Part shown: in pieces, positions 11,869 to 22,659 of the stretch
Layout: every line of letters starts with the position of its first letter
Numbering within the stretch: the stretch's first letter is position 1
DNA from: Macrostomum lignano
Taxonomy: Eukaryota
Direction: 5' to 3'
DNA length: 64,000 bases
Assembly (NCBI GenBank): GCA_002269645.1
Contig: NIVC01001831.1
Location: forward strand, 62,001-126,000
The notes under the pieces: generated by a model
Database searches by the model: none
Told to the model about the DNA's origin: nothing
What the model saw: the letters and a program-made list of their open reading frames with translations, nothing else
Program-made: the position numbers and the translations under genes

Positions 11869-14800
11869 ATGCCCCGACGGTTTCTTCGCCTCACCGGCGT
11901 CGCTGCTATTCTCGTGAGTAATTTCTGAGCAGGCTTGCCGTAGCAATAAATCACAAATAACTCCATCCGAGATAGCAAATAGATACTCACTGAAGGTCAC
12001 TCTGCCGTGTGACCAGCAGTTCCCATTAGTTTGACCGCAACTATATGACATGGACACTATCTAATCATTGTGAGTTCTCCCTCTCAGCCATCTCTTCCCC
12101 TTTTTTCCAAAAATTCTGTTGAGAAATTCATGTTTCTTTGTGGCCTCCTGCATCGTCATCTGGTTGTTGGCCGTACACCCGTTCAACTCTCTGACCCTCA
12201 AGTGTACAATGCCTGCCCCGGTCGCTCTGCAGCCAATTAGCTTGCACGCTTCTTGTTTATCAGGCGCAACTCCACCCCACGCAAATATCGATTTCTAAAT
12301 ATATATATTGGCGCTCAAGGCCGCGCAGTGGCCAAGCCTTTTCTTACCCTAAAACAAATCTACATTGGCGTCGCAAGCAGGATGTGAATTCGAGACTCAG
12401 CGGGATCTCATCATCCGAGACCAAATTGTCGCCGGCTGCCAGTCAGACCAGCTCCGGCGCAGGTTGCTGCAGACACCCAATATCCAGCTCAAAGAAGCGC
12501 TGCAGCAAGCCAGGGCATTCGAGGCGGCCGACCTTCAATCTGCAGTCATCGAAGCGCGGAAGAGCGAGTCTGTGAACGCAATGCGGCGCATCGAGAAGCC
12601 AGACCGACCGGAGCGAACCAGAACAAAGTGCATCCGCTGTGGAGAGTCAGGCCACCGAACGTGCGAGGCGGCCAGAGGAAAGACGTGTCGAAACTGCAAC
12701 AAAGTCGGCCACCTGGCAAAAGCGTGCTTGTCCAAACCCGCGAGCTCCAGAAAGGTGCACGCCATTGCCGAGGAGCAGCCGAGTGATCAGCAGCAGCGAG
12801 ACAGCGACAGCAGCTGCGAGGTGTTCTGCCTGACGCCACAGCGTAATCGACTGCCGCTCGTTAAAGCGGACATCAACGGCCACGCCACAGACCTGCTAAT
12901 CGACAGCGGCGCCAGCTGCAATCTAATGGACTCAAAAACATTCAAGGCCATCGGAGGCACGGCAGACGACCTTCGCGAGTCAAAGCAGCGGGTCTTCCCG
13001 TTCGGCTCCGGTGAACCCCTCACCACCCTTGGCAAAGCGACCCTCCGGACCGCCGTTTATGACGTCAGCGCCAGCATTAGCTACATCATTGTCAAGGAGA
13101 CGGGCACGACGATCGTGGGCCGCGAAACCAGCGAGAAGCTGGGAATCCTACGCATCGGACCAAGCAATCCCAGCGTCTGTCATCTGAAAGACTCTGGTGA
13201 GCTCCATGAGCCACTCAGCGCTGCATTGGCGGCCGCAGCGGCGGAGGCAGACGATCAGGCAATGCCACAGCACGAGCGCCTCAGCAACATTATCAAGACC
13301 TTCAGGCAGCGATTTGTCGGAATTGGGTGCGTCAAGAACGTTGAAGTCGGCATCCACCTGCAAGACGGAGCCGTGCCGGTCTGCCATCCGCCAAGTCGCA
13401 TCCCGTGCATCTGCGGGAGGCTGCGCAGCGCGAGCTCGACGATCAACTGCAGGCTGGAATAATCGAGAAAGTGACCGGACCATCCGAATGGGTGGCACGA
13501 ATAGTTGTTGTCCCGAAGTCGCAGCCTGGCCAAGTGCGCATTACCCAAGATCTGCGAGATGTGAACAAGTTCGTAGTGCCCGAGAAACAGCCCATACCGA
13601 CTTTTGAAGAGGTCACTGATGAAATGGCTGGTGCGCGCTACTTCACCGAGTTGGACATCAACAAGGCGTTTCACCAGATCCGCGTCCGAGAAGACTCCCG
13701 CCATCTGCTGACATTTTCGACGCCGAAGGGTCTCATGAGACTGACGCGCCTGTGCATGGGCTTTACGTCAGCGTCTGAGATTCTACAACGAGTCATGACC
13801 AGCGTGCTCGGCGGGCTTCCGGGAGTCCGCTGGGTACATGACGACATTATCATCTATGCAAGCTCCATCATTGAGCACAACCAGCGGCTAGCGGCAACCT
13901 TGCAAAGGCTAGAAAAGCACAACATCACCTTAAATCCGGCAAAGTGCAAGTTCGCCGTCAAGGAGGCCAAGTTTCTCGCTATGCGCCTGTCCGAGAAGGG
14001 CATCCAACCGACAGACGAGAAGGTGAGCGCTGTGAAAGCATTAAGAGCACCGAAAAACGCGTCCGAAGTGAGGTCCTTTCTCGGCCTTGTGGCTTTTGTC
14101 AGTCGCTTTATCCCAGCCCTGTCAGACATGGCCAAGCCCCTGCGAGATCTGACCAGAAAGGATGCGCCGTGGTCCTGGGGAGCGGCTGAGGAGACTGCTT
14201 TCAGCGCCATCAAGAACTCGATCTCCGCGAGCAACACACTGGCATTCTTTGACAAGCGCAGACCCACAGAAGTGATCGTGGATGCCAGCCCGACGGGACT
14301 CGGAGCGATCCTCAGCCAACAGCAGCCAGACGGCAGCCTGCGACCGATCGCCTACGCAAGCCGCGCACTGTCAGCGGTGGAGACGCGCTATTCTCAGACG
14401 GAAAGAGAAGCCCTCGCCGTCAAATTCTGTTGCCTGCGCTTCCACCATTACCTCAGTGGTTCGTCCGGTTTCCGGGTCGTCACTGACCACAAGCCGCTGG
14501 TGCACCTATTTAAGCCAGGATCGCATCCGCCACCAAGAATCGAGAGGATGGCACTGAGCATCCAGGACCTGGTGTTCGAGACAATGTACAGGCCAGGCTC
14601 GACCAATCCAAGTGACGTCCTAAGCCGGCAAATCTTCCCAGCATCAGCGGTCTCCAGCGCCGGAGCAACCAGGGACAACCACTACATCAACAGCATTGCC
14701 GAGGACTCGACCCCCAAGGGACTGGCGCTGCAACAGCTTAAGGATGCAACAGCGAGAGACGGAGCCCTCCAAGCAACCATCTCAGCACTCCGAGGCGGCA

Positions 14801-17800
14801 AGTGGGATCTCCGAGAGGCTACCCTGCGGTCGCTGCACGCAGTCAAGCAGGAGCTCTCCGCAGCAGACGGAATCCTACTGAGAGGCCAGCGCATCGTCGT
14901 CCCCGAAGCGCTGCAGCTGACGGTGCTGCGGCTCGCTCATCAAGGACACCAGGGAGCAAAGAAGACGCAGGCGAGGTTATCGGCGAAGGTCTGGTGGCCC
15001 GGTATGGCAGGACAGGCGCAGCGGATGTGCAACGTCTGCCTCCCGTGTCAAGCTGCGAGTCATCAGGCCGAAGTTCCAGCAGCGCCGTTGCAAGCCACAC
15101 CACTGCCACCGCATGCCTGGCACACCCTGGGCATCGACTTCACCGGGCCAGTGCAAAACAAGCATCTGCTCGTCATAGTTGACCATTTCTCCCGCTATCC
15201 GATAGTCATCAGCATGTCGTCCATGACAGCCGAGGCGGTCACCAAGCAGCTCCGGAAGCTATTCTCCACGTTCGGCAGACCAGCGCAGCTCGTCTCAGAC
15301 AACGGGCCCCCGTTCAGCTCGCAAGCCTTCCACGACTTCCTCCGCAGCAACGGCGTGCAGCACCGCTCCATCACTCCGTACCACCCGGCAGCAAATGGAG
15401 TCACCGAACGCATCAACCGCTCGATTAACAAGATCATCCGCATCGCAAGCATCGAGAAATCCGACTGGCGGGCCGCACTCGAAGACTGGCTGGAGGCCTA
15501 CCGCAACACGCCGCACAGCAGCACTGGAGCCACCCCTGCGGAGCTGATGTTCCAGCGACAGGTGCAAGACTGCATCCCCAGCATGCGGCAGCGCAGCCGA
15601 GTGCCCAGCACTTTGGCCGCGGTCAGGGCTCGCGACAGCGCCGCCAAACAACGGATGGCGCGCCATGCAGATAAGCGCCGAAGAGCCGCCAGCCACAACA
15701 TCATGACAGGCGACTCGGTGCTGCGCAGGCGGCGCCCTGCCTCCAAAATGCAGACACCCTTCGAGCCAGAGCGGTGGGTCGTCGAGGAGGTTAAAGGCGA
15801 CTCCCTCATCCTGCGCAGAGCGCACGAGTCCTGCATGCGCCACATCACGGACCTCAAGCGCCTGCCGACGGCCGACTTCCCGCCACCGCCGCCCACGCCG
15901 CCACCGACCGAAGGCAGGCCGAAGTCACCCGAGTCCATTGCGCTGCGGGCTCACCCACGTGCGTGTAAAAGCCGATCAATGAGTTTAAACCACTGAGCTA
16001 ATTGACTGACTTTGCAAAAAACTGACTGGTCTTTTAAATTTTACAAGCAAACTGAGCGCTCCTCATTTTTGGTAAAGGGGTGTCCCTGCTGGTCTCGTTT
16101 TATTTTTTAATCTTCAGCAGCATAGCTTTTAGCTTTTGCTTCAAAGGCCAAATATTCGAAACTAATGCTCGTATTTATATTCGAAACTAATGTCGTATTT
16201 ATCTTCGAAACCAATGCTCGTATTTATATTCGAAACCAATGTCGTATTTATATTCGAAACTAATGTCGTATTTATATTCGAAACTAATGTCGTATTTATA
16301 TTCGAAACTAATGTCGTATTTATATTCGAAACTAATGTCGTATTCATATTCGAAACTAATGCTCGTGTCTATTTTCAAAGGTAATGCTCATTTGATCGTA
16401 ACTAATGCCTAAACTCTTATCCATGCTCATATTTGTGTTTATGCCCTAATGAATATTCGTTCTCACATCCGTATATTTTCATACTATTCACTCACATCCA
16501 TTCCCCTCTGATTCCCACTTCGAAATATTACTTAGCTTCCCATTTGCTCTTATCTCCTAACTTTTATCCGCTTGGGGAAGGATGTTGGCCGTACACCCGT
16601 TTAACTCTCTGACCCTCAAGTGTACAATGCCTGCCCCGGTCGCTCTGCAGCCAATTAGCTCGCACGCTTCTTGTTTATCAGGCGCAACTCCACCCCACGC
16701 AAATATCGATTTCTAAATATATATATTGGCGCTCAAGGCCGCGCAGTGGCCAAGCCTTTTCTTACCCTAAAACAAATCTACACTGGTCATCCTGGGCCGA
16801 GTAGAATTCACGCTAGAATAAGCTGCATCTTTCTTCTGAAGCAAGATCCAGCACGTCCAGTGGAACATACTCAGGCTTTTTTTAATTCGATTCCGTTGGT
16901 AATTTTGGCTGCTGCACCCCGCCGGCTCACAAATTTAGGCATGCAGCGCAATAATCGGATTCGAACTGCTGCTCTGGCAGCCAAGCAAGCCACGGCTTCA
17001 GAGTGGCAGCGCGAAGGTGGCCGATAATCAGGAGCCTCGGTATGGAGCGATACCGAAGATTCTTCACCAGACCTTCGAGACTCGGAAGGTGTTCAACGAG
17101 TACAGGAAGTACATTGAGCGCTGCCTCAAGCTGAACCCCGACTGGGAGTACTACCTGTGGACGGACGAGGACATTGTGGCTTTCATCAGCGACTATTACC
17201 CGTTCTTCATGCGAAAGTACCTTTCATTCCGGATGCACGTCCAGAGAGCAGACAGCATCCGCTACATGGTTCTGCATCACTTCGGAGGTGGGTGAAGCAT
17301 CCTGCTTTAGAATGCCTCGAACCTCCAATCACTATGAAAAAGTTCAATTTAGTTCATCGATATGACATTGAATACATATAGAGGTCATTGTTTCAGGAAT
17401 TGAGATCAGAATGGGTTGGTGCGAGCTAGAGCCACTGTTCTAAGAATCTCGAAGCGAGATTATTATGGGTTGGTACGAGCTAGAGCCACTGTTCTAAGAA
17501 TCTGGAAGCGAGATTAGTATGGGTTGGTGCGAGCTAGAGCCACTGTTCTAAGAATCTGGAAGCGAGATTAGTATGGGTTGGTGCGAGCTAGAGCCACTGT
17601 TCTAAGAATCTGGAAGCGAGATTAGTATGGGTTGGTGTGAGCTAGAGCCACTGTTCTAAGAATCTGGAAGGGAGATCAGTATGGGTTGGTGCGAGCTAGA
17701 GCCACTGTTCTAAGAATCTGGAAGGGAGATCAGTATGGGTTGGTGCGAGCTAGAGCCACTGTTCTAAGAATCTGGATGGGAGATCAGTATGGATTGGTGC

Positions 17801-19120
17801 GAGCTAGAGCCACTGTTCTAAGAATCTGGATGGGAGATCAGTATGGGTTGGTGTGAGCTAGAGCCACTGTTCTAAGAATCTGGATGGGAGATCAGTATGG
17901 GTTGGTGCGAGCTAGAGCCACTGTTCTAAGAATCTGGAAGGGAGATCAGTATGGGTTGGTGTGAGCTAGAGCCACTGTTCTAAGAATCTGGAAGCGAGAT
18001 TAGTATGGGTTGGTGCGAGCTAGAGCCACTGTTCTAAGAATCTGGAAGGGAGATCAGTATGGGTTGGTGTGAGCTAGAGCCACTGTTCTAAGAATCTGGA
18101 AGGGAGATCAGTATGGGTTGGTGTGAGCTAGAGCCACTGTTCTAAGAATCTGGAAGGGAGATTAGTATGGGTTGGTGCGAGCTAGAGCCACTGTTCTAAG
18201 AATCTGGAAGGGATATCAGTATGGTCTCCCGACGATGAGAGTTATGGACTCTAGCTCGTACTCTAGCTTGTACTCGTACTAGCTCGAACAGTACGAGCTA
18301 GAGCCACTGTTCTAAGAATCTGGAAGGAGTTCGTTTCGCACAAATGTACAGAAGTGTCCTTTCCAGGCATCTACATCGACATGGACGTCGAGTGCGTGAA
18401 GCCGTTCTTCCCGAGCCTTGAAAACCTCACGGCCTTCGTGGATCAGGAGGCCAAGGAGCACGCTGTGATTCTCTACGGCAAGGACTTCAGCGCCATGAAC
18501 AGCGCCATGGGATCCGTGCCCGGACACCCGTTCTTCCTGCGTCTCGTGTTCGCCATGATGGAAGTGGACGACAGTCAACATCGGGGAGACGCTTTAGCGA
18601 CCACCGGTCCCCGTTTGCTCACCAGCCAGCTGCAGAGCTGGTGGGCTGACAATGTCACTAATCGGCGGCACCAGGTGACGCTGCTGGATCCGCAGGTGTT
18701 CAGCCCAATTATTGACGACGAGGCGCATGACTTCAAGACCATGTGCAGGCTGCTGCATGCTTGTAAGTGTTTTCGAAGTTTTAACTTTCTCTAGAATAAA
18801 CAAGTGCAGTAGCCGTAAATAAAAAATGGTTCGCTATTCAAAATATTTTAGCCACACCGAATCCAAAAGATGCAACTGCTCGGCGGGTTAAGGAGATGCA
18901 GTTGCAGCTGTGCAGGCGGTACGCGGAGCGCAACTGGAGTCGCGACCTGACGGGCCCGGAAACGGTGGGCCGCCACCTCTTCCTGCACCTCGGCTACAGG
19001 TGGAATAATTGGTTGAAGTGGAAACAAAAGCACCTTCACGCCTACTTCAGCTTTTTCGACATTCAAGACGTCGCTAAGAATGTGAATTTCTACACACAGA
19101 AAAGGAATTCTACGCTTTAA
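11869..19120 (+). CDS. Glycosyltransferase family 32 (SUR1/CSH1-type), paralog 2 (~352 aa); intron 1 contains a Gypsy element
   Basis: join(11869-11913,16939-17287,18367-18762,18852-19120), same phases (0,1,1) as paralog 1. MPRRFLRLTGVAAIL|ACSAIIGFELLLW forms a type II anchor; IPKILHQTF, NPDWEYYLWTD, QRADSIRYMVLHHFGGIYIDMD, NSAMGSVPGHPFF, HLFLHLGYRW. Confidence 0.88.
12165..12364 (+). repeat. 5' LTR
   Basis: TGTTGGCC...AATCTACA; AT-rich TATA-like AAATATATATATT inside. Confidence 0.97.
12365..15996 (+). pseudogene. Gypsy gag-pol: 5'-truncated gag, CCHC knuckles, aspartic protease (LLIDSGA), RT (WVHDD), RNase H (VDAS..TEREALA..TDHKPL), integrase (HxxxH-CxxC, D-D-E core)
   Basis: ORFs 12365-13462 and 13405-15996 join with one added C at ~13404 (IP-VHLREAAQREL); no in-frame ATG at the gag start. 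Confidence 0.93.
12366..12383 (+). promoter_or_regulatory. Primer-binding site TGGCGTCGCAAGCAGGAT (tRNA 3'-end complement, Ser-like by inference)
   Basis: Begins 1 nt after the 5' LTR with TGG; its complement ATCCTGCTTGCGACGCCA resembles tRNA-Ser 3' ends. Confidence 0.8.
16153..16365. repeat. 24/25-bp tandem repeat (ATATTCGAAACTAATGTCGTATTT)n in the Gypsy 3' UTR
   Basis: About 8 units between the pol stop and the PPT. Confidence 0.93.
16574..16782 (+). repeat. Polypurine tract (GGGGAAGGA, 16574-16582) and 3' LTR (16583-16782)
   Basis: PPT directly abuts the LTR copy. Confidence 0.95.
17412..18225. repeat. 54-bp minisatellite in intron 2 of GT32-2 (partial extra copy at ~18295-18328)
   Basis: Unit GGGTTGGTGCGAGCTAGAGCCACTGTTCTAAGAATCTGGAAG(C/G)GAGAT(T/C)AGTAT, about 15 copies. 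Confidence 0.96.
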
Positions 19121-20166
19121 TAGGATTCTTTTTCTTTTAAAAAGTAAATTTTGGCTAATAAAGACAGCTAGCTGGTACTTTCACTTTAAAAAAACTGGAT
19201 GCTCATTTCTCTATATCGATCGAAGAAAGAGAATACATATTTTAGGTCGCGCATGAGATACGCAGTTTTGTGCGCTATTAATGACTACAAAACTTTTCTT
19301 GAATTCCTACTTGCAATAGTACTCGTATGTACACCGGAATAGCTGTATAAGAGATTCGATTTCCATTTTCACTAAGAAATAAGCATAGCTGTCTCAAATT
19401 TTGCTGAAGTTTGAACAGTAATGACAGAGGGCGCAACCTGCCCTGCATATACATGAACGATTCTAGAATATATGTCCACAATGATTGAGTCGGCAACGCG
19501 GCAGTATGACCTATTGCCCCACCAAACTTGAAGCTCAAACCCAAGCGAACTGTTGCGCCATCATCTATTCCAGCTTTTTAAGGCCACTCAATCTTCACTG
19601 AGTTCTACTGCAGCATGCCGCTGACGCTACGGAAACTTGGCGCTTCCTCGACTTCCTGCTGGCTGAAACTTCCACAGCAACCGAGACCCTGTGCTCCTGA
19701 AGCTTTTGACATATCACAGCTTTGCTCGTAAAGCTGCACTACTTCGAACATGGAAAATCTGGCACAGAAAGTTTCTGTCAGTTCTGACTCGGATCGGACA
19801 CTACGGGACAAAGCGGAGATTCCTTTGTTCCCGCCCAAAGGTGCCGTCCGTGCATAGAATGCCGTGCAGGCTGATAGCAGCGGGGAACAATGCCGCGGCA
19901 GCGGTGGGAAAGGCTGACAGCATGCCTGCCAGCGTCAGTCACTGAGGGGCGGGAGAATTCCCGAGATAAGCCTTATCAGTTGTTCTCGGGCCCCGCGCAT
20001 GGCGCACTGGAGAGCAGGCGCAACTCCCGTTCGCTACAACAACAATGGAATTCGGGGGCGAATTCGCCAGTTATTCACTGTAATTCAATTGCAAAAGGTG
20101 GGAGAAGATTTTGCAGAAGCATTTCTGACCTGTGCCCTCATTGTGCCAACTCTTCGGCAGCAGAGG

Positions 20167-21297
20167 ATGACTCAGACAGAGGGTTCGTCTCTGCCTCAGT
20201 TGCACACGAGCAGCTGCCTCAACCATTCGACGCTGTCGGTGAGCAACGACAGCTTTGTGCCAATCCGGCCCAGCCTCCAGGAGTTCTGGCTGGTCACCAG
20301 CTACTGCCTCAGCCTGCTGGTGGTGCTGACGAACTCGGCGGTGCTGGTGGTGGTGTCCCGCAGCCCCAGCCTCCACCGAGCCGCCTACGCCTTCATCTGC
20401 AACCTGGCCGCCTGCGACCTCATCTACGGTCTCTGCTACGCCTTCTTCGCCTCGGCCGCGCATTTCCGCCAGCTGGGCGGCAGCTTCACCGTCTGCCGCC
20501 TCGCCCTGGCCAGCTTCTACGCCTCCATCGGCTGTTCAACCGTCGGCATCACCCTCATCGCGAGCGAGCGCTTTGTTGCCATCCGCTACCCCATCGCTTA
20601 CGGTCGGCTGGCCACCCGTTCGGCCGTGTCCGCCAGCATCGCCGTCGCCTTGGCGCTCGTCGTCGGCCCGGTGACAGCTGCCGTGTTCCTCTCGGCCAGG
20701 CAACCGCCGTATTACCCTCACCTGGTTGGCTGCGTCACCCAGCATCTGCTGCCCACCTGGGCTCTGGTGCTTGCCTCCGCGCACATTGCCCTGGCGCAGA
20801 CCGTGGCCACCTGCTGCTACCTGTCCGTGTTCCGCATCGCCAGGCTGCAGCGGCTCAGCGCCAAGCGCCAGATGGGCCAGCGGGCGCGCCGCGTCGCTCG
20901 CAGCTGGCAGCTGACCGTCTCCATCGGGCTGCTCATCGTTCTGTTCTACTTCTTCTGGATTCCCACCTGGGCGCTGCAGCTCTACCGACTGACCGTGCCG
21001 GATACCTCGGCCTCGCTGACCCTCGCCTACTTCAGCGCCTGCTTCTCCACGCTGAACAGCATAGTGAACATCTTCGTCTACTGGCTGCGCACCAGAGAGT
21101 TCCAGCTGGCCGTGAAGCGACTGCTGCTGGGTGGCGAGGCCCGGAGGCGCCGCTCCACTGCTCAGCGGCAGCCGCAGTTGGGCGGCTCCGCCAGGGCCAG
21201 CGTTGCTACAGTCGCCTCCACGATGGAGTCCTCCGCGGATGCCGCTGCTGCCGCTGCCGACTCAGTGAAGGGAAATTTTGTTGCTACTAAACTCTGA
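20167..21297 (+). CDS. Intronless class A (rhodopsin-like) orphan GPCR; ORF is open from 19999, likely start 20167
   Basis: Seven hydrophobic segments; TM1 LTN, TM2 NLAACD, TM3 ASERFVAIRYP, TM6 FWIP, TM7 NSIVNIFVY; N-glycosylation sequons NHS and NDS after Met 20167. Confidence 0.92.
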   Translation: MTQTEGSSLPQLHTSSCLNHSTLSVSNDSFVPIRPSLQEFWLVTSYCLSLLVVLTNSAVLVVVSRSPSLHRAAYAFICNLAACDLIYGLCYAFFASAAHFRQLGGSFTVCRLALASFYASIGCSTVGITLIASERFVAIRYPIAYGRLATRSAVSASIAVALALVVGPVTAAVFLSARQPPYYPHLVGCVTQHLLPTWALVLASAHIALAQTVATCCYLSVFRIARLQRLSAKRQMGQRARRVARSWQLTVSIGLLIVLFYFFWIPTWALQLYRLTVPDTSASLTLAYFSACFSTLNSIVNIFVYWLRTREFQLAVKRLLLGGEARRRRSTAQRQPQLGGSARASVATVASTMESSADAAAAAADSVKGNFVATKL

Positions 21298-21707
21298 CAG
21301 ATGCTCCGTAGTTTATGCAGAGGATGGCTGAAAGCCGCACAATCATGAAAATTTATTTGAAGAGATGAGCTCAGTGGTCCTTGCATTCCCATAACTCGTT
21401 GTACTGTGCAAGTCCATTACAAAATCCAAATAGCCGCGACTAGCTACTTGCTAAAAGTACGCTCGTAGTACGAATAGCACCCGCAGTTCCTAAAACTGCC
21501 TGTCCGCCACTGTTAAACATGAACTGCAACTGCAGACCTGATTCGCCAAGTCGCTCTCAATGCATTTCCACAATGATTAAAATGCCCAGGGAAATTGCGC
21601 AAAACTTTCTTGATTTTGCCGCGATCGATGCGTTTTTGAGTTGTATTTCCTGACACGGAAGCCTCGGATTTTCTGGCAGGTTTAACACGGCCGCCATGTT
21701 GGTTACT

Positions 21708-22060
21708 GCAGCCTGTATAGTAGCTTACTGCAGCCTGACTAGTAGCTTACTGCAGCCTGACTAGTAGCTTACTGCAGTCTGACTAGTAGCTTACTGCAGC
21801 CTGACTAGTAGCTAACTGCAGCCTGACTAGTAGCTTACTGCAGCCAGACTAGTAGCTAACTGCAGTCTGACTAGTAGCTTACTGCAGCCTGACTAGTAGC
21901 TAACTGCAGCCTGACTAGTAGCTTACTGCAGCCAGACTAGTACCTTACTGCAGCCAGACTAGTAGCTTACTGCAGCCTGACTAGTAGCTTACTGCAGCCT
22001 GACTAGTACCTTACTGCAGCCAGACTAGTAGCTAACTGCAGTCTGACTAGTAGCTTACTG
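21708..22060. repeat. 22-bp minisatellite (CAGCCTGACTAGTAGCTTACTG)n
   Basis: About 16 units. Confidence 0.95.
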
Positions 22061-22659
22061 AAGTGAAACGAAAGCGCCGTTAGCAAGAGGATGGGAGAAA
22101 TTAGCCGACACGCGCGTGATGCGTGAACAAGCATCCAGCCTTGGCAGCAACTCCCCAGATGCACAAGATCTGCATGCCTAAAAATAGTCCTGATGATCGG
22201 CAAGCGAGAAGCCCAGCCATGCGACCCTCGCGTGATCCATGAATCTCCTCTGGCTGACGGCTCCTATTGGGCCTCCCTGTTCCACTTTCTTCCCCTATTC
22301 CTCCTTGCTCGCGTACAGTCTGTTAACTTATAAAATATACTGATTGAAGAGGAAAGATCCTCGCCTGAAGTTTAAGAATGTGACTCTAGAGATCACACAG
22401 AGAAAGTTACCATCGAGTCCATTGTTCGTTGTCTTCCTGAACTGTTGGCAGAAGGAATCGATAAATATGGGAAAACCCAAATAATTTGTCGTTTCATTAA
22501 TGCAGTCTGCAGTACTAGGATCCAATGAGCGTCCAAGATGTGGCAGCGGAAATTTCAGTCTAGAAGCAGTTCTAACATCTTTGTATCAATTGTGACACTG
22601 CGCTATCACAGCACGACAGCATGACTCGATAGGGGGTCCTGCTTTAATCTCAGTTTTTA

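Larger units (their letters stand above)
12165..16782 (+). mobile_element. Ty3/Gypsy LTR retrotransposon with two 200-bp LTRs and a 5-bp TSD CTGGT
   Basis: LTRs 12165-12364 and 16583-16782 (TG..CA, 2 differences seen); TSD at 12160-12164 and 16783-16787; PBS and PPT present; PR-RT-RH-IN domain order. Confidence 0.97.

Noticed and set aside
13395-13410. Programmed gag/pol ribosomal frameshift
   Set aside because: The shift lies downstream of the protease, inside the RT N-terminus, with no slippery heptamer; a 1-nt deletion is the simpler explanation.
12130-16800. Alternative GT32-2 first exon MFLCGLLHRHLVILGR interrupted by the Gypsy element
   Set aside because: It needs a weak GTAGAA donor. 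The exon at 11869-11913 has a canonical GTGAGT donor, the right phase and an anchor matching paralog 1.
17412-18225. CRISPR-like array (also considered 27751, 40910 and 41735 repeats)
   Set aside because: Units are contiguous without unique spacers, there are no cas genes, and the context is eukaryotic.
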